DNA of 64,000 bases, taken from the NCBI GenBank assembly GCA_965203485.1, contig OZ241892.1:1344001-1408000 (forward strand), in the 5' to 3' direction. Below, in pieces: positions 20,723-29,885 of this stretch. Position 1 is the first letter of the stretch. The number at the start of each line of letters is the position of its first letter. The notes below the pieces were generated by a model. It made no database searches. It saw nothing but the letters and a program-made list of their open reading frames with translations, and had not been told where the DNA came from. Source of the stretch: Longimicrobiales bacterium. GTDB lineage: Bacteria; Gemmatimonadota; Gemmatimonadetes; Longimicrobiales; Gaopeijiaceae. The translations under genes were made by a program, and so were the position numbers.

Positions 20723-23700
20723 GTGAAGCTCAAGTCCCTGAAGATGCAGGGCTTCAAGTCGTTCCCAGAATCGACGCGGGTGGAGTTCCACGAGGGCATC
20801 ACGGCCGTGGTGGGGCCGAACGGATGCGGCAAGTCGAACATCGCCGACGCGGTTCGCTGGGTTCTGGGCGAACAGCGTCCGACCGCGATCCGCGGGGCGC
20901 GCATGGAGGAGGCGATCTTCCAGGGGACGGTTTCGCGCAGGCCGGTGGGCAGGGCCTCCGTCTCGCTTCTGGTGTCCAACGAGGATGGCACGCTTCCCGT
21001 GCCCTTCGAGGAGGTCGAGCTCTCTCGCGCAGTCTACCGCGACGGCGGCAGCGAGTACCGGCTCAACCGGACGCCGTGCCGGTTGCGCGACGTGGTGGAC
21101 CTGTGCCGCGACACGGGCCTGGGAGCGAGCGGGTACTCGGTCATCGAAGCTCGAATGATCGACGCCATCTTGTCGGGCCGGGCCGAGGAGAGGCGAGCTC
21201 TCTTCGAGGAGGCCGCGGGCATAGGCAAGTACAAGGACCGCCGCCGAACGGCGCTGCGCCGCTTGGATGCGTCCGAGATCGACCTGCAGCGGGTCGAGAC
21301 CGTCGTCGAGGAGGTGCGCTCGAAGGTCCGTTCGCTCGCGCGGCAACGGGGCAAGGCGCAGCGATGGAAGGATCTTCGGGCCCGCCGGCTGGTGGTGGAG
21401 CTCGCGGTGGCGCGCCACCGGACTGCCGGTCTCGAGGAGCGCTTGGCGCGCATCGACGCCGAACTCCGGTCGGGACGGAGCGAGGGCGCGGCGGACGAAG
21501 CGCGGCTGGCGGCGGCGGAGGCCGACCTGGAGCGCGCGCGGCTCGGGCGGGTCGAAGCCGAGAAGACGCGCGCTGAGGCCGCCCAGGCGCTGGACCAGGC
21601 AGGCGCGCGGCTGGCGAGCATCGAGAAGGAGAGCGCGGTGGCGGCCGTTCAGATCGAAGCGGGACAGCGGCGCTTGGACCAGATCGCCGAGGAGGAGGCG
21701 AATCTGGAGGAGGTGCGGGGACGCTCGTCCACCGAGCTGGCGGGGCTACGGGAGGAACTCGCGGCGCAGAGGTCGTCGCTGGAGGCCGCCGCCGCGGAGT
21801 TGGCCGGGCGCCGCGCCGCGTCCGCCGAAGCGGCGAGTCGGCTGGAAGGCGCCCGCGGCGCCGCGGGCGAGCTCGAGGCGCGGCGAGGAGAGCTGGCCCG
21901 GCGTCTCGCGCAGTTGCGAGGCGACCGCGAAAGCGCCCGGACCCGGGCCGCCGAGCTCGAGCGGCGCCATGCGCAGCTGACGGAGGACTCGGAACGCGGC
22001 GCCGCGGCATTGCGGGACTTGCGGACCCAGGGCGACTTGTTCTCGGAGCGGAGCGCGGAGATGGCCCGCAAGGCCGCCGAGGCGGCCGAGGTTGCGGACG
22101 ACGCCCGCCGCGGCTCGGCAAAGGCGCGCGAACGCTTGGCGGAGGCGCGCGAACGCGAGATGGGGTTCGAGTCGCAGATCGCGGGCCTCGCGGCCGAAGC
22201 CGCCGGGTTGCGGAGGGCCGCGGAAGCAGGCGGCGACCTGGAAGCGATGGCGCGTGCCGCGCAGGCAGCCTTTCCGGACCGGGTGCGCGGGCTCCTGGCG
22301 GACTTCGTGAGCGCCCGGCCCGGCGACGAGAAGGTCGTGGACGACGCGCTGGGCGCGCTCGGCTTCGCGTTGCTGGTCGGCGCCCCCGAGGACGCCGACG
22401 CCGTTGCGGACTGGTACTTGGCCGAACCCGGACGCGAGGCGGGGCTGGCGTTGCTGCCCGTCGGCACGGCCCCGGCCCCCGCCGGCCCGCTTCCGCCGGG
22501 GGTCTCGGCGAGCGGGCAGGGCGCGGCCTGGGCGGAGGCGGTGCTCGGCGGCATCAGCGTTCGAGGCGCCGGGCCGCGGGCCGAGGCCGGGGCGGCGTCG
22601 GCCGGATCGCTCGATTTCGCCGGGTCGGGGTGGACGGACTCGTTCGGGGCAGTCCACTTGGTGCCCGAGCGCGGGGTTGCCGGGCCCGTCGAGAGAGCCG
22701 CCCACATGGATGCCCTGGAGTCGCAGCTCCAGCGGCTTCGCGTTGATCTAGAAACTGCTGTAAGTGAGCGTACACAAGCCGAGGAAGAACAATCACTTAG
22801 AGACGCGTCTTCCGACGCGGCCGCGGAGCGTCTTCTCAAGGCGCGCGACGACGCCCGCTCGGCTCAGGCCGAGGCCGCCGCCCGCTCCGACGAGCACGAG
22901 CGGCTGAGCCGCCACCAGGCCGAGACGGCCCAGCGCGTGGAGTCGACGAAGGCCGCTCGCGCCGAGGCGGCCGAGCGTGAGCGGGCGGCAGGCCGCGAGA
23001 TCGAGGCCTCTGCCGACGAGGAGAGCGCGCTGGCCTCGAAGACGGACGACTGTCGGACGAAGCTTCAGGACGCGGAGAGAGCGTGGGAGGCGGCGCGCGA
23101 GACGCAGTCGGAAGCCGCGGTTCGAGCTACCCGCGTCGAGAGCGCGTGCGAGCGCCTCGACGGGCGCGTGTCGGACGGCGTCGCCTCGGTGGACGGCGCG
23201 ACCGCCAGGATCGGCGAACTCCAAGCCGAGGCCGCCGCCTTGGAAGCGGAAGGCGCGCGGCTCAAGACGGCGGCGCAGGAGGCCGAGGCGCAGCTGGAGG
23301 GGCTCTTCGGCCGACGCGACGACGCCCGCGCGGCTCTGTCGGCCCGGGATCGTGTTCTCGACGAGGCCCGCGAGGCCGAGGGCGAACTGGAACGCCGCGT
23401 CCGCGAAGTTCGCGCCGCCGAGCGCAAGTCGGCCGAGCGCAGGCACGAGCTGGAACTGGACCGCCAAGACTTGGCCAACCAGCTCGGCCGCGTCGCCGAG
23501 CGCATCGAGGCCGAGTGGGGCCGCGCGCTGGACGCGCTCCTGGCCGAGACGAAGCCGGCCGACGGCGGCCTGGAGGAACTGGAGGCCGAGCTGGCCGACA
23601 TCGTGCACCGGCAGGGCCGCATGGGTCCCGTCAACATGCTCGCCGTCGAGGAGCACGCGGAGGAAAAGGAGCGGCTGGAATTCTTGGAGCGCCAGCGCCG

Positions 23701-24244
23701 GGACCTGGCCGCCGCCCGCGACGACCTGCGTTCCGCCGTGCGCGGCATCAACGCCAGAGCCACGGAGCTGTTCACGAGCACGTTCGAGGCGGTGCGCGAG
23801 CACTTTCGGCGAACGTTCATGCGCCTCTTCAGCGGCGGCGAGGCCGACCTCTGGCTGGCGGATCCCGACGACCCGCTGGAGTCTCCGGTCGAGATTCACG
23901 CCGCGCCGAGAGGCAAGCGGACGCAGCGCATCGACCTGCTCTCGGGCGGCGAGCGCGCGCTGACGGCATTGTCCCTCTTGTTCGGCATTTATCTCTACAA
24001 GCCCAGTCCGTTCTGCTTTCTCGACGAGGTGGACGCCCCTCTCGACGAGGCCAACATCGCGCGCTTCGTTCGCCTGCTCGATGCCTTCAAGGCCGAGACT
24101 CAGTTCGTGGTGATCACCCACAACCCCCGCACGATCGAGGCGGCCGACTGGATATACGGGGTAACCATGGAGGAGCCGGGCGTGTCCTCGATCGTCGGCG
24201 TGCAGCTGGAGCAGGCGGCGGAAGCGCGGGGGACGGCCGCATGA
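20723..24244 (+). CDS. smc: Chromosome segregation protein SMC
   Basis: GGGAGG RBS then GTG 20723. GFKSF, Walker A GPNGCGKSN, long coiled coils, LSGGE, LDEVDAPLD, VITH. Confidence 0.96.
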   Translation: MKLKSLKMQGFKSFPESTRVEFHEGITAVVGPNGCGKSNIADAVRWVLGEQRPTAIRGARMEEAIFQGTVSRRPVGRASVSLLVSNEDGTLPVPFEEVELSRAVYRDGGSEYRLNRTPCRLRDVVDLCRDTGLGASGYSVIEARMIDAILSGRAEERRALFEEAAGIGKYKDRRRTALRRLDASEIDLQRVETVVEEVRSKVRSLARQRGKAQRWKDLRARRLVVELAVARHRTAGLEERLARIDAELRSGRSEGAADEARLAAAEADLERARLGRVEAEKTRAEAAQALDQAGARLASIEKESAVAAVQIEAGQRRLDQIAEEEANLEEVRGRSSTELAGLREELAAQRSSLEAAAAELAGRRAASAEAASRLEGARGAAGELEARRGELARRLAQLRGDRESARTRAAELERRHAQLTEDSERGAAALRDLRTQGDLFSERSAEMARKAAEAAEVADDARRGSAKARERLAEAREREMGFESQIAGLAAEAAGLRRAAEAGGDLEAMARAAQAAFPDRVRGLLADFVSARPGDEKVVDDALGALGFALLVGAPEDADAVADWYLAEPGREAGLALLPVGTAPAPAGPLPPGVSASGQGAAWAEAVLGGISVRGAGPRAEAGAASAGSLDFAGSGWTDSFGAVHLVPERGVAGPVERAAHMDALESQLQRLRVDLETAVSERTQAEEEQSLRDASSDAAAERLLKARDDARSAQAEAAARSDEHERLSRHQAETAQRVESTKAARAEAAERERAAGREIEASADEESALASKTDDCRTKLQDAERAWEAARETQSEAAVRATRVESACERLDGRVSDGVASVDGATARIGELQAEAAALEAEGARLKTAAQEAEAQLEGLFGRRDDARAALSARDRVLDEAREAEGELERRVREVRAAERKSAERRHELELDRQDLANQLGRVAERIEAEWGRALDALLAETKPADGGLEELEAELADIVHRQGRMGPVNMLAVEEHAEEKERLEFLERQRRDLAAARDDLRSAVRGINARATELFTSTFEAVREHFRRTFMRLFSGGEADLWLADPDDPLESPVEIHAAPRGKRTQRIDLLSGGERALTALSLLFGIYLYKPSPFCFLDEVDAPLDEANIARFVRLLDAFKAETQFVVITHNPRTIEAADWIYGVTMEEPGVSSIVGVQLEQAAEARGTAA

Positions 24245-24284
24245 ACGGTGGGCAGCTGGCGGTCCGAGCGAACGGAGCGGGGCC

Positions 24285-25331
24285 GTGCTGATCGTCATGG
24301 ACCACCGGGCCACGTCCGGCGACATCCAGCGCGTCGTCGACACGATCGGCGCCATGGGCTACGGCGCGAAGCCGATACCCGGCCGCCAGCGGACGGCGAT
24401 CGGCTTGGTGGGCAACGACGGCCGCATCGATTCGGCGCGGCTCGAAGGGCTCCCGGGCGTGCGCGAGGTCATCAAGGTGAGCAAGCCCTACAAGCAGGTG
24501 TCCCGCGAGTGGAGGGAAGAGGACACCCTGATCGAGCTGGGCAACGGCGTCGTGCTGGGCGGCCCCGAAGTGGTCGTCATGGCGGGCCCGTGCGCCGTCG
24601 AGAGCCGGGAGCAGATACTCGAGGTGGCGGACCAAGTGCGCGACTTGGGCGCAACCGTGCTGAGGGGCGGGGCGTTCAAGCCCAGGACGTCGCCGTATTC
24701 GTTCCAGGGGCTCGGGGCCGAGGCGCTCGAGCACATGGCGGAGGCGCGGGAGCGCACGGGACTGGCGATCGTCACCGAAGCGGTCGACTCGGAGAGCGCG
24801 GAGCAGGTGGCCGAGCATGCCGACGTGATCCAGATTGGCGCGCGCAACATGCAGAACTACCGGCTGCTGCGTTGCGCGGGCCGCGCGGGCAAGCCCGTAC
24901 TGCTGAAGCGCGGCATGTCCGCCACGATCACCGAGCTGCTGCTTGCCGCCGAGTACCTGCTGAGCGAAGGGAACGCGGCGGTCGCGCTCTGCGAGCGAGG
25001 AGTGCGCAGCTTCGACCAGTCGACCCGCAACCTGCTCGACCTTACGGCCGTCCCGCTCGTCAAGTCCCTCACCCACTTGCCGATCGTCGCCGACCCCAGC
25101 CACGGCACCGGGGTGCGCACCAAGGTCACGCCGATGGCGAGGGCCGCCGTGGCCGCCGGCGCCGACGGCCTGATCGTCGAAGTGCACCCGGACCCGCCCG
25201 AGGCCCTCTCCGACGGCGCCCAGAGCCTCTATCCGGCCCAGTTCGCCGAACTGGTGGCCCAGTGCGGCTCCATCGCCGCGGCGATCGACCGGTCGCTGGC
25301 CGTTCTGCCCGGCGCCCGCCCCCCACGCTAG
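24285..25331 (+). CDS. aroF: DAHP synthase type I-beta with N-terminal regulatory domain
   Basis: MAGPCAVES, GGAFKPRTSPYSFQG, QIGARNMQN, DPSHGTG, LSDG.QSL. Confidence 0.95.
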   Translation: MLIVMDHRATSGDIQRVVDTIGAMGYGAKPIPGRQRTAIGLVGNDGRIDSARLEGLPGVREVIKVSKPYKQVSREWREEDTLIELGNGVVLGGPEVVVMAGPCAVESREQILEVADQVRDLGATVLRGGAFKPRTSPYSFQGLGAEALEHMAEARERTGLAIVTEAVDSESAEQVAEHADVIQIGARNMQNYRLLRCAGRAGKPVLLKRGMSATITELLLAAEYLLSEGNAAVALCERGVRSFDQSTRNLLDLTAVPLVKSLTHLPIVADPSHGTGVRTKVTPMARAAVAAGADGLIVEVHPDPPEALSDGAQSLYPAQFAELVAQCGSIAAAIDRSLAVLPGARPPR

Positions 25332-25425
25332 CCCGCCGCGGCCGCGGTTGGGCGCCGCCCGGCATGCCCTTCGCCGACCCGTTTGGCCATGCCGTCGTCC
25401 CGCTTCGCGCGCCATCTTTTCGTTC

Positions 25426-25791
25426 ATGGCGGAGGCTTGGACGACAGGACGGCGCGGCGAAGACCTGGCGGCGGAGCACTTGGAGAAGCGCGGATGGGAG
25501 GTGCTCGCCCGAAACTACCGAGCCGGCCCGAAGGAGATCGACTTGATCGCGGCTCGCGACGGAGTGGTGGCGTTCGTAGAGGTGAAGACGCGGTCCACCC
25601 CTTCCGGCGGCACGCCGCTGGAGCCGATCGGCCGCTCCAAGCGACGGTCGGTCGAGGCGGCGGCGCGCCATTGGGTTCGAGCCCACGGACCGGCCGGCGC
25701 GGCATACCGCTTCGACGCGCTGGCCGTCACCACGCTCGGGGGCCGGGTTCGCGTCGAGCACGTGCCCGACGCCTGGCGGCCGGGCACGTAG
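25426..25791 (+). CDS. yraN: YraN family (UPF0102) protein
   Basis: G..GE..A..HL, RNYR, EIDLIA, FVEVKTR, YRFD. Confidence 0.92.
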   Translation: MAEAWTTGRRGEDLAAEHLEKRGWEVLARNYRAGPKEIDLIAARDGVVAFVEVKTRSTPSGGTPLEPIGRSKRRSVEAAARHWVRAHGPAGAAYRFDALAVTTLGGRVRVEHVPDAWRPGT

Positions 25792-25995
25792 AGGCGGCGG
25801 CCGCGGATCGCCGGGCCCTTGCGGCGCCGCCGCGGCTCGGCCGCCGCAACGTGTTCCCCCGCTCCCGCGCGGCTCGGTCGGCCCGCTTGCGTCCGCGTCC
25901 TTGATCGTCGCCCGTTCGCCGCCGCGCGGTCCGGTCGGCGAAGCGCGGCCGGAGCGCGGTTCGCTTGCGCGTCCCGGGTTGCGTTAGCTTCCGGT

Positions 25996-26095
25996 GCGCC
26001 CCAGGTCCGCGGGACGGGAGCCCACGAACCCCGTCAGGACCTTGCCGGTAGCAGCGGTAAGTGCGGCGAGCGTTGTCGCGGAGTGCCTGGGGCGC
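25996..26095 (+). ncRNA. ffs: Signal recognition particle RNA (4.5S, small bacterial type) with atypical apical loop
   Basis: Terminal helix GCGCCCCAGG/CCTGGGGCGC; domain IV core CCGTCAGG-ACC..GGT-AGCAGCGG; -10-like TAGCTT at 25985-25990; usual position before dnaX. Confidence 0.9.
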
Positions 26096-26150
26096 TTCGC
26101 CTCCCGTCGGCCGTCCGCGTCGTCAAGCTCCGTTGCTCCGAGAGGGCGCC

Positions 26151-27944
26151 GTGTCGCATCTCGCCCTAGCCCGCAAGTACAGGCCGCGCCGGTTCGGCGA
26201 AGTGGCGACCCAAGAGCACGTCTCGGAGACGCTCCGCCGCGCCGTGTCGGGCGAACGCGTGGGCCACGCCTACCTCTTCTGCGGCCCGCGCGGCGTCGGC
26301 AAGACCACGTTGGCCCGCGTCTTGGCGATGGCGCTCAACTGCGGGAAGCGGACCGAAGACGGGGAGCCCTGCGGCGAGTGCGGAGACTGCGAGCGGATCT
26401 GGGGCGGCCACACGTCGCTGGACGTCGTGGAGATCGACGCGGCATCCAACCGGGGGGTCGACGACGCCCGCGACCTTCGCCTGCGTGCCATGTTCGCTCC
26501 TTCGGAGGAAGGCCGGCACAAGGTCTACATCCTCGACGAGGCGCACATGCTGACGCGCGAGGCGTGGAACGCGCTGCTGAAGATATTGGAGGAGCCTCCG
26601 CCGAGGGTCGTCTTCGTCTTCGCCACCACGGAAGTGCGCAAGATCGAGCAGACGGCCGCGCCGATTCTCTCGCGTTGCCAGCGGTTCGACTTCAGGCGCA
26701 TCGGCACGTCCGACATCGTCGCCCGCCTGCGCGAGGTCCTCGGCGCCGAGAAGGTCGGGTACGCGGAAGAGGCGCTGAGCGCCATCGCGCGCCGGGCGAA
26801 CGGCGGGATGCGCGACGGGCTCTCGTTGCTCGACCAAGTGCTCGCGCTGTCGGACGGCGAGCTGGCCGCCCAGACCGTCGTGCGGGTGCTGGGCGTGGTT
26901 CCCGAGGAACGGTACCTGGCGTTGCTCGACGTGGTCTCCGAGCGCAAGCACGGCGAAGTCTTCGGATTCATGGACCGTCTGATCGACGAGGGATACGATC
27001 CGGTCGAGCTGTACCGGGGGCTTTCCGAGAGGATTCGGCTGCTGCTCCAACTGTCGGTGGGCGCGGCGCGCCAAGCCGGCGACGGGATGGACGGGGAGTC
27101 GCTCGCCAAGTACGGCGACGTGGCGGCGCGGTTCTCTCCGGGAGACCTGCTGCGGATGCTCGCCATGGCCACCGACCTGGAGACGGACGGCAGCCTGCGG
27201 CGCACCGGGCAGCCCCGCCTGCTCGTCGAGATGCTGCTGTTGCGGATGAGCTACATGGACCGGACGGTGGAACTCGAGGAGGTGATCCGGGCGCTGGGAG
27301 GCGGCATGCCTGCCTCGGGGAAAGCGTCGGCCGCCGCGTCCAGGTCCGACGATCGCCGCGCGAACGCGTCCGTCCAGGACTCTCGAAGCGGCGCAGCCAC
27401 GCCGTCGGCCGCGCCACGCCGTCCGCCCCGGGGCTCGTCGGCCGCCTCGGGTCCGGAGCCGCGCCGTCCCGTCGCCCGCCCGTCCACGGTCTCTCGCACG
27501 CCGCCGCCGGGCGAGGCTCCTCCGCCCGACAAGCGCCGCGAGACGGTTGCCGGAGCCGCGTCGGCCGTCGCAAGGCCGCTTGCGGAGGCGTGGCACGACG
27601 TCGTGAGGAGCCGCGGCGCGTTGCCGGGCGGGCTCTCGACCTTTCTGCACGGCGCGTCCGTCGCCGAGAAGGAGGGCCGCTTGGAGGTTGCGGTCCCGCC
27701 GGGCATGGGCCTGGACAGGCTCGAAGACCCCGGCGTGCGCCGAACGCTCGGGGAGGCGTTGGCCCGCAGCTCCGGGCGCGAGTCCGTTGAAGTTACCTTC
27801 ACAGTGGACGGCGACGCGACGCGCCCCGGCGAACCGCCGAGCGGCGGCGGGACGAGACGCGATCTGCGGATGCGGGAAGCGATCGAGCAGACGCCCGCTC
27901 TGGAGTGGGCCGTCGACCAGTTGGACCTGGATTTCGTGGACTGA
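26151..27944 (+). CDS. dnaX: DNA polymerase III subunit gamma/tau
   Basis: LARKYRP, GPRGVGKTT, Zn-binding Cys cluster, EIDAASN, LDEAHML, SRCQ. Confidence 0.97.
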   Translation: MSHLALARKYRPRRFGEVATQEHVSETLRRAVSGERVGHAYLFCGPRGVGKTTLARVLAMALNCGKRTEDGEPCGECGDCERIWGGHTSLDVVEIDAASNRGVDDARDLRLRAMFAPSEEGRHKVYILDEAHMLTREAWNALLKILEEPPPRVVFVFATTEVRKIEQTAAPILSRCQRFDFRRIGTSDIVARLREVLGAEKVGYAEEALSAIARRANGGMRDGLSLLDQVLALSDGELAAQTVVRVLGVVPEERYLALLDVVSERKHGEVFGFMDRLIDEGYDPVELYRGLSERIRLLLQLSVGAARQAGDGMDGESLAKYGDVAARFSPGDLLRMLAMATDLETDGSLRRTGQPRLLVEMLLLRMSYMDRTVELEEVIRALGGGMPASGKASAAASRSDDRRANASVQDSRSGAATPSAAPRRPPRGSSAASGPEPRRPVARPSTVSRTPPPGEAPPPDKRRETVAGAASAVARPLAEAWHDVVRSRGALPGGLSTFLHGASVAEKEGRLEVAVPPGMGLDRLEDPGVRRTLGEALARSSGRESVEVTFTVDGDATRPGEPPSGGGTRRDLRMREAIEQTPALEWAVDQLDLDFVD

Positions 27945-28011
27945 CGGACGACGATCCCCGCATGCGCCGTTCGAGTCCTGTGAGGCTTACCTCGTAACAC
28001 GGGCAAGCGAA

Positions 28012-28347
28012 ATGACCAACATCCAGCAACTAATGAACATCCAACAGCTGATGAAGATGGGGCAGTCCTTCCAGGATCGGATCAAGCAGGTTCAGGACAG
28101 CCTGGAGTCCGAAGTGCTGGAAGCGTCCGCGGGCGGCGGCATGGTCACGGCGCGAGTTACCGGAAAGGGCGACCTGACCGAACTCGTCATCGACCCGGCG
28201 GCGATCGATCCCGAGGACGCGGAGATGCTCGAGGACTTGGTCGTGGCGGCGGTGGCCGCGGCGCAGAAGAAGGCCAAGGGCTTCTCGGAAGAGCACATGC
28301 GGCGGGCGGCCGGCCAACTTCCGCTGGGGTTGTCCGGCCTGCTGTAG
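28012..28347 (+). CDS. ybaB: YbaB/EbfC nucleoid-associated protein
   Basis: SAGGGMV and EMLEDLVVAA; lies between dnaX and recR. Confidence 0.95.
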   Translation: MTNIQQLMNIQQLMKMGQSFQDRIKQVQDSLESEVLEASAGGGMVTARVTGKGDLTELVIDPAAIDPEDAEMLEDLVVAAVAAAQKKAKGFSEEHMRRAAGQLPLGLSGLL

Positions 28348-28363
28348 GCGACTCGGGCGGTTC

Positions 28364-28966
28364 GTGTCGTCGATCGACAGCCTCGCGCAGGAGTTGCGCC
28401 GATTGCCTGGGATCGGCGCCAAGACCGCCTACCGCTTGACCTTCCATCTGGTCAAGGGGCCGTCCGAGCACCTGAGGCGCCTTGCGTCCGCGTTGCGCCA
28501 AGTGGCCGAACGGGTGCGGCCGTGCCCGGTCTGCGGCAACTATTGCGAAGACGAGACGTGCTCGGTGTGCGCCGATCCCCGGCGGGACCGCAGCGTGATC
28601 TGCGTCGTGGAGGAAGCGTACGAGGTGGGCGCCATCGAGCGAACCGGCCGGTACAAGGGACTTTTTCATGTCCTGGGCGGCCGCCTTTCGCCGCTCGACG
28701 GCGTTGGGCCCGAGTCGCTCTCGTTCGATCGGCTGCTGAGCCGCGTCGAGAGCGCCGGGGGCGAGCATGCCGAGGTCATCCTGGCCACGAACGCGAGCGT
28801 GGAGGGCGAAGCCACGGCAGTGTACCTGGAGGAGCTGCTCCGCTCGTTTCCGGTACGGGTGACGCGCCTCGCTCGGGGGATCCCGATCGGAAGCGACCTG
28901 GAGTACGTGGACGAGACGACGATTGCCGAAGCCCTGGCGGGGCGCCGGGAAATGCAGGTCTCGTGA
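28364..28966 (+). CDS. recR: Recombination mediator RecR
   Basis: LPGIGAKTA, C4 zinc finger, HVLGG.LSPLDG, VEGEAT, LEYVD. Confidence 0.97.
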   Translation: MSSIDSLAQELRRLPGIGAKTAYRLTFHLVKGPSEHLRRLASALRQVAERVRPCPVCGNYCEDETCSVCADPRRDRSVICVVEEAYEVGAIERTGRYKGLFHVLGGRLSPLDGVGPESLSFDRLLSRVESAGGEHAEVILATNASVEGEATAVYLEELLRSFPVRVTRLARGIPIGSDLEYVDETTIAEALAGRREMQVS

Positions 28967-29262
28967 GCCCGAAGTTGCGACGGGCGGGCCTGTTCCTGGC
29001 GGGGGCCGCCGTCGCGGGCCTGCTGGCGACGTACTTGGTGAAGGACCAGTTGCGCAGACAGAGGCGCAACCTGTTCAGCGCCAACGTGTTTCGGCGAATG
29101 GCTGCTCTGCGCCACTTGGCCGGCGAGCCGGCTACGGTGGATGCGATCAACCTCGTGCGCGACTTCGCCGCCTGGGAGCCGCGGCGCCTTCTGCGCAGGA
29201 CCGCATGGGCGGTGGTCGAGCGCATGGAGCAGGAAGTGCGCCAAAGGACCGGGAGCGCTTGA
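28963..29262 (+). CDS. Small hypothetical membrane-anchored protein
   Basis: Four-nt overlaps with both recR and pgsA; N-terminal TM helix followed by a helical region. Confidence 0.75.
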   Translation: MSPKLRRAGLFLAGAAVAGLLATYLVKDQLRRQRRNLFSANVFRRMAALRHLAGEPATVDAINLVRDFAAWEPRRLLRRTAWAVVERMEQEVRQRTGSA

Positions 29263-29882
29263 ACCTCCCGAACGCGATCACCTTGGCGCGCGTGGCCGTT
29301 TGCCCGGCCATCTTTCTTCTCGCTCTGTCGTCCTCGACCGCCCTGCGCTACGCCGCGTTCGGCCTCTTTCTCCTGGCGGCCTTCTCCGACGTCTGGGACG
29401 GGCACCTGGCCCGCAAGCACGGTCTGATCACCGACGCCGGCAAGCTTCTGGACCCCATCGCCGACAAGCTCCTGCTGGCGAGCACCCTGGTGCCCTTCTA
29501 TCTCATTGGCCAGCGAGCCGACGAGCTGGAGCGGATGCCCTGGTGGGGCGCCTTTCCGTTCTGGGCGCTGCTGGTCGTGTTCGGACGCGAGTTGCTGGTG
29601 ACGCTGTTCCGCGGCTACGCGGTGCGCCGCGGCGTGGTCATCCAGGCGGGCAAGTCGGGCAAGCACAAGGCGTTGGCCCAGAATCTGTTCATCGGCGGAC
29701 TCCTGCTCTGGCATCCCCTGGTGCGGACCAGCGCGAGCGCGGACTGGTCCGGCGTCGCCTGGGGAGCGTGGCGAGCCTTCCACAGCACGTGGATCGCCGT
29801 CTTGTTCGCGGCCGCGCTGGTTCTCACGGTCTACTCCATGCTCGACTATTTCTGGAGCTACCGGGCCGTCGGGCGGAGGTAG
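29259..29882 (+). CDS. pgsA: CDP-diacylglycerol--glycerol-3-phosphate 3-phosphatidyltransferase
   Basis: NLPNAIT and D.WDGHLAR...ITDAGKLLDPIADK. Confidence 0.9.
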   Translation: MNLPNAITLARVAVCPAIFLLALSSSTALRYAAFGLFLLAAFSDVWDGHLARKHGLITDAGKLLDPIADKLLLASTLVPFYLIGQRADELERMPWWGAFPFWALLVVFGRELLVTLFRGYAVRRGVVIQAGKSGKHKALAQNLFIGGLLLWHPLVRTSASADWSGVAWGAWRAFHSTWIAVLFAAALVLTVYSMLDYFWSYRAVGRR

Positions 29883-29885
29883 CGG

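Noticed and set aside
25800..25975. Degenerate CGCGG(C/T)TCGG repeats upstream of ffs; possible CRISPR or iterons
   Set aside because: Short, irregularly spaced and GC-rich, so compatible with chance; no cas genes in the window.
26151..27944. Programmed frameshift in dnaX
   Set aside because: No A-AAA-AAG or long A/T run seen.
27965..27985. GTTCGAGTCC, resembling a tRNA T-loop
   Set aside because: The flanks do not pair into a T-stem and no cloverleaf can be built.
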